From positions 1-57,927 of the forward strand of contig DAOMWT010000001.1 in assembly GCA_035436705.1 (NCBI GenBank): a stretch of DNA of 57,927 nt, given 5' to 3'. This stretch comes from Thiobacillus sp. (GTDB taxonomy: Bacteria > Pseudomonadota > Gammaproteobacteria > Burkholderiales > Thiobacillaceae). Positions 56,285 to 57,927 of this stretch are shown one piece after another; position 1 is the stretch's first letter, and every line of letters starts with the position of its first letter. A model generated the notes under the pieces. It did not search any database. It saw only the letters and a list, made by a program, of their open reading frames with translations, and was not told the DNA's origin. The translations under genes were made by a program, and so were the position numbers.

Positions 56285-57067
56285 TCAATCACCCGCTAGA
56301 AACGCTGCAGCTCGCGCACCGTCATCTATGGCTTTTCCAAACTCAGCGAGTTTGTCGAAGGCGACGAAATCGAGTAGGAAGTAGTCATTGCGTTGGCACT
56401 CATTTCGATCGATGTACGCGTAACTGACCTCAAGCTGAAAATTTTCTTGGATTGGTTGTGGCGCCGAATCGGCGTAGAAGTCAACAGAATACATACGGTC
56501 AAATGAACTGCACACGACTACCGGGTATTCAAGAACCGCCTTTGGGTGCCGCCTTGATTTTCGAACCGATGGAACTGTCACCGCTTGGCCACGCATGGAT
56601 GTCATGGCATTCAGAGATTGATTCAGTGCCTTGTAGAAGGGCTCGTTCTCGGCGGCCTTGGTATTGCTTGTTGAGAAAAGCTTAGCCACCCGTGAACTTT
56701 GAGACAAGTAGTGGTGCTTTTCGGTGTAAGAGTTGTCGCGCCTAAACGGCCCATTTGAGCACACGAGTTCAAGTGCGGACTCTCGATCTTTGTCCGCGAA
56801 CCAAAACACGGCATCCGAAGCAACAAACTTGCATTCGATGAACAACCGCACAGCGATGTCATCGACGGCCCGCCCAAACGAGTCTAACAAAGGCCATAAC
56901 TTCTCAGCCACGAGGTCGATTTCACGGGCCTTACTCTGGGTTTGATCCATGTAATAGGGGCTAATGACAACGTGCCAGCCATTGTCGGCAAACCAGCGAG
57001 CAACCTTCGCATGAAAGTTGTTTCCACTGCTTCGGATCAACTCAGTAATTTCGGTAGGAACGGCCAT
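56285..57067 (-). CDS. cassette-encoded PD-(D/E)XK nuclease-like protein
   Basis: SG..F..KV...F...GW, REIDLVA...LFIECK; low GC; bounded by attC-like sites; start 57067 (57094 lies in attC). Confidence 0.72.
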   Translation of the reverse strand: MAVPTEITELIRSSGNNFHAKVARWFADNGWHVVISPYYMDQTQSKAREIDLVAEKLWPLLDSFGRAVDDIAVRLFIECKFVASDAVFWFADKDRESALELVCSNGPFRRDNSYTEKHHYLSQSSRVAKLFSTSNTKAAENEPFYKALNQSLNAMTSMRGQAVTVPSVRKSRRHPKAVLEYPVVVCSSFDRMYSVDFYADSAPQPIQENFQLEVSYAYIDRNECQRNDYFLLDFVAFDKLAEFGKAIDDGARAAAFLAGD

Positions 57068-57090
57068 CGGTAACAACCACCAATTGAGAG

Positions 57091-57150
57091 GCATAGCGTT
57101 TGAGAGAAGGGCCGCGCTCTAGCGCGTCCTGCTTGATGGACGGGTTAGGC
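57091..57150 (-). other. 60-bp integron attC site with mutated R' core
   Basis: Minus GCCTAAC-CCGTC-CATCAAGCAGGACGCGCTAGAGCGCGGCCCTTCTCT-CAAAC-GCTATGC, starting 4 nt after the upstream ORF stop. Confidence 0.8.
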
Positions 57151-57154
57151 GTCA

Positions 57155-57580
57155 TCATTTACCCGGGGTGACGTGCCTAAAGTCTTCATGCGTGAGTGCC
57201 GTCTTGCTGGTGAGAGTTCTTCGTAGAAGATCGCGTCTAATCGCTAAGACCAAGTCGCCGATTCGTTGAAGTCGTTCCTCATTTGGCAGGTGAGTTCCTT
57301 CAACCATACCTTCCATCGCAAGGTTTGCCGCCTTAATAACCTCGTCGCTGCAGTAAAGGAAACACTGCTTGTACTCTTCTAGAAACTGGCGGCGGACTTC
57401 AGAGTCGCTGGCGTAGCTATAGAAGCCGGTCAAGGTGCGAAGCAACTCCCGGTAACGCTCCTCTTTACGCAGGTATTCTTCCCACGCGCGGCGGCGTCGC
57501 TCATTGAGAAACCATGCGGCTACAGCGCCGAGAAGCGGCACAAAGACCTTCAGGAAATCGGCAGACAAAAACTCAGTCAT
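57155..57580 (-). CDS. cassette-encoded hypothetical protein with one N-terminal TM helix
   Basis: VFVPLLGAVAAWFL followed by a charged helical domain; low GC; preceded by cTTAGGC core-like site at 57611-57605. Confidence 0.75.
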   Translation of the reverse strand: MTEFLSADFLKVFVPLLGAVAAWFLNERRRRAWEEYLRKEERYRELLRTLTGFYSYASDSEVRRQFLEEYKQCFLYCSDEVIKAANLAMEGMVEGTHLPNEERLQRIGDLVLAIRRDLLRRTLTSKTALTHEDFRHVTPGK

Positions 57581-57874
57581 AGTCACACTCGAGGGTTCCT
57601 TGATGCCTAAGAGTTATTCAAGAGACCCGTGGGTCCGGACATCTATTAATTTTTAGACGGCTGCCATGGTGGTCTATCTTTATGATTCTTATCGGTTCTT
57701 TCAGGGACCGGCTCTATATTACGTTATGAAAAAGGAGACCGGTGGCGGAAGGATTATGCGCCTGTTTGGCATCACACGACTGCGGTGCTAAATGTCCGCT
57801 TTGAATAGAGGGTCGGGTGTTCAGCAGTTAGGCCATGACTGGCCGCTTCGGGTCGATTCTGTTGAAAAACTCCC

Positions 57875-57927
57875 TGAATCGCCCCGGGTTTTGAGGAGGC
57901 TCCTTTCCTTGAGAAGATGGAGCCATG
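57875..57927 (+). mobile_element. left end of an IS3-family (IS51/IS629-like) insertion sequence, truncated by the window
   Basis: TGAATCGCCCCGGG terminal repeat pattern, then GGAG and ATG of the presumptive orfA at 57925; transposase not visible. Confidence 0.75.

Noticed and set aside
57705-57732. ATATTACGTTA resembling the XerD arm of a dif site
   Set aside because: No XerC arm (GCATAA-like) at the required spacing.

Overview
High-GC betaproteobacterial chromosome segment whose gene content and order resemble a sulfur-oxidising Thiobacillus (genus is inference). About 52 kb is core housekeeping: hom-thrC, msrA, glnS, mnmA, icd, earP-efp, dnaE, metG, tRNA-Pro, ispB, rplU-rpmA-obgE, folE2-dxs-ispA-xseB, acnA, lysS, recQ. 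It also carries a sat-aprBA sulfite-oxidation locus followed by an unexplained YkgJ/DUF4124/CbbQ-CbbO-type chaperone block with no Rubisco or Nor client in the window. The last ~6 kb is an accessory hotspot: a vapBC module directly upstream of lysS; a 608-bp diverged direct repeat of the recQ 3' end bracketing a DUF6516/HTH toxin-antitoxin-like pair; two low-GC integron-type cassettes with degenerate attC sites and no integrase in the window (one encodes a PD-(D/E)XK-like nuclease); and the left end of an IS3-family element at the window edge. Non-coding signals include an anti-SD double-hairpin sRNA behind dnaE with a perfect operator palindrome, an IscR-type box over the folE2 promoter, and a structured leader/uORF before a Rieske oxygenase. 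All family calls come from motif recognition by eye; no searches were run.
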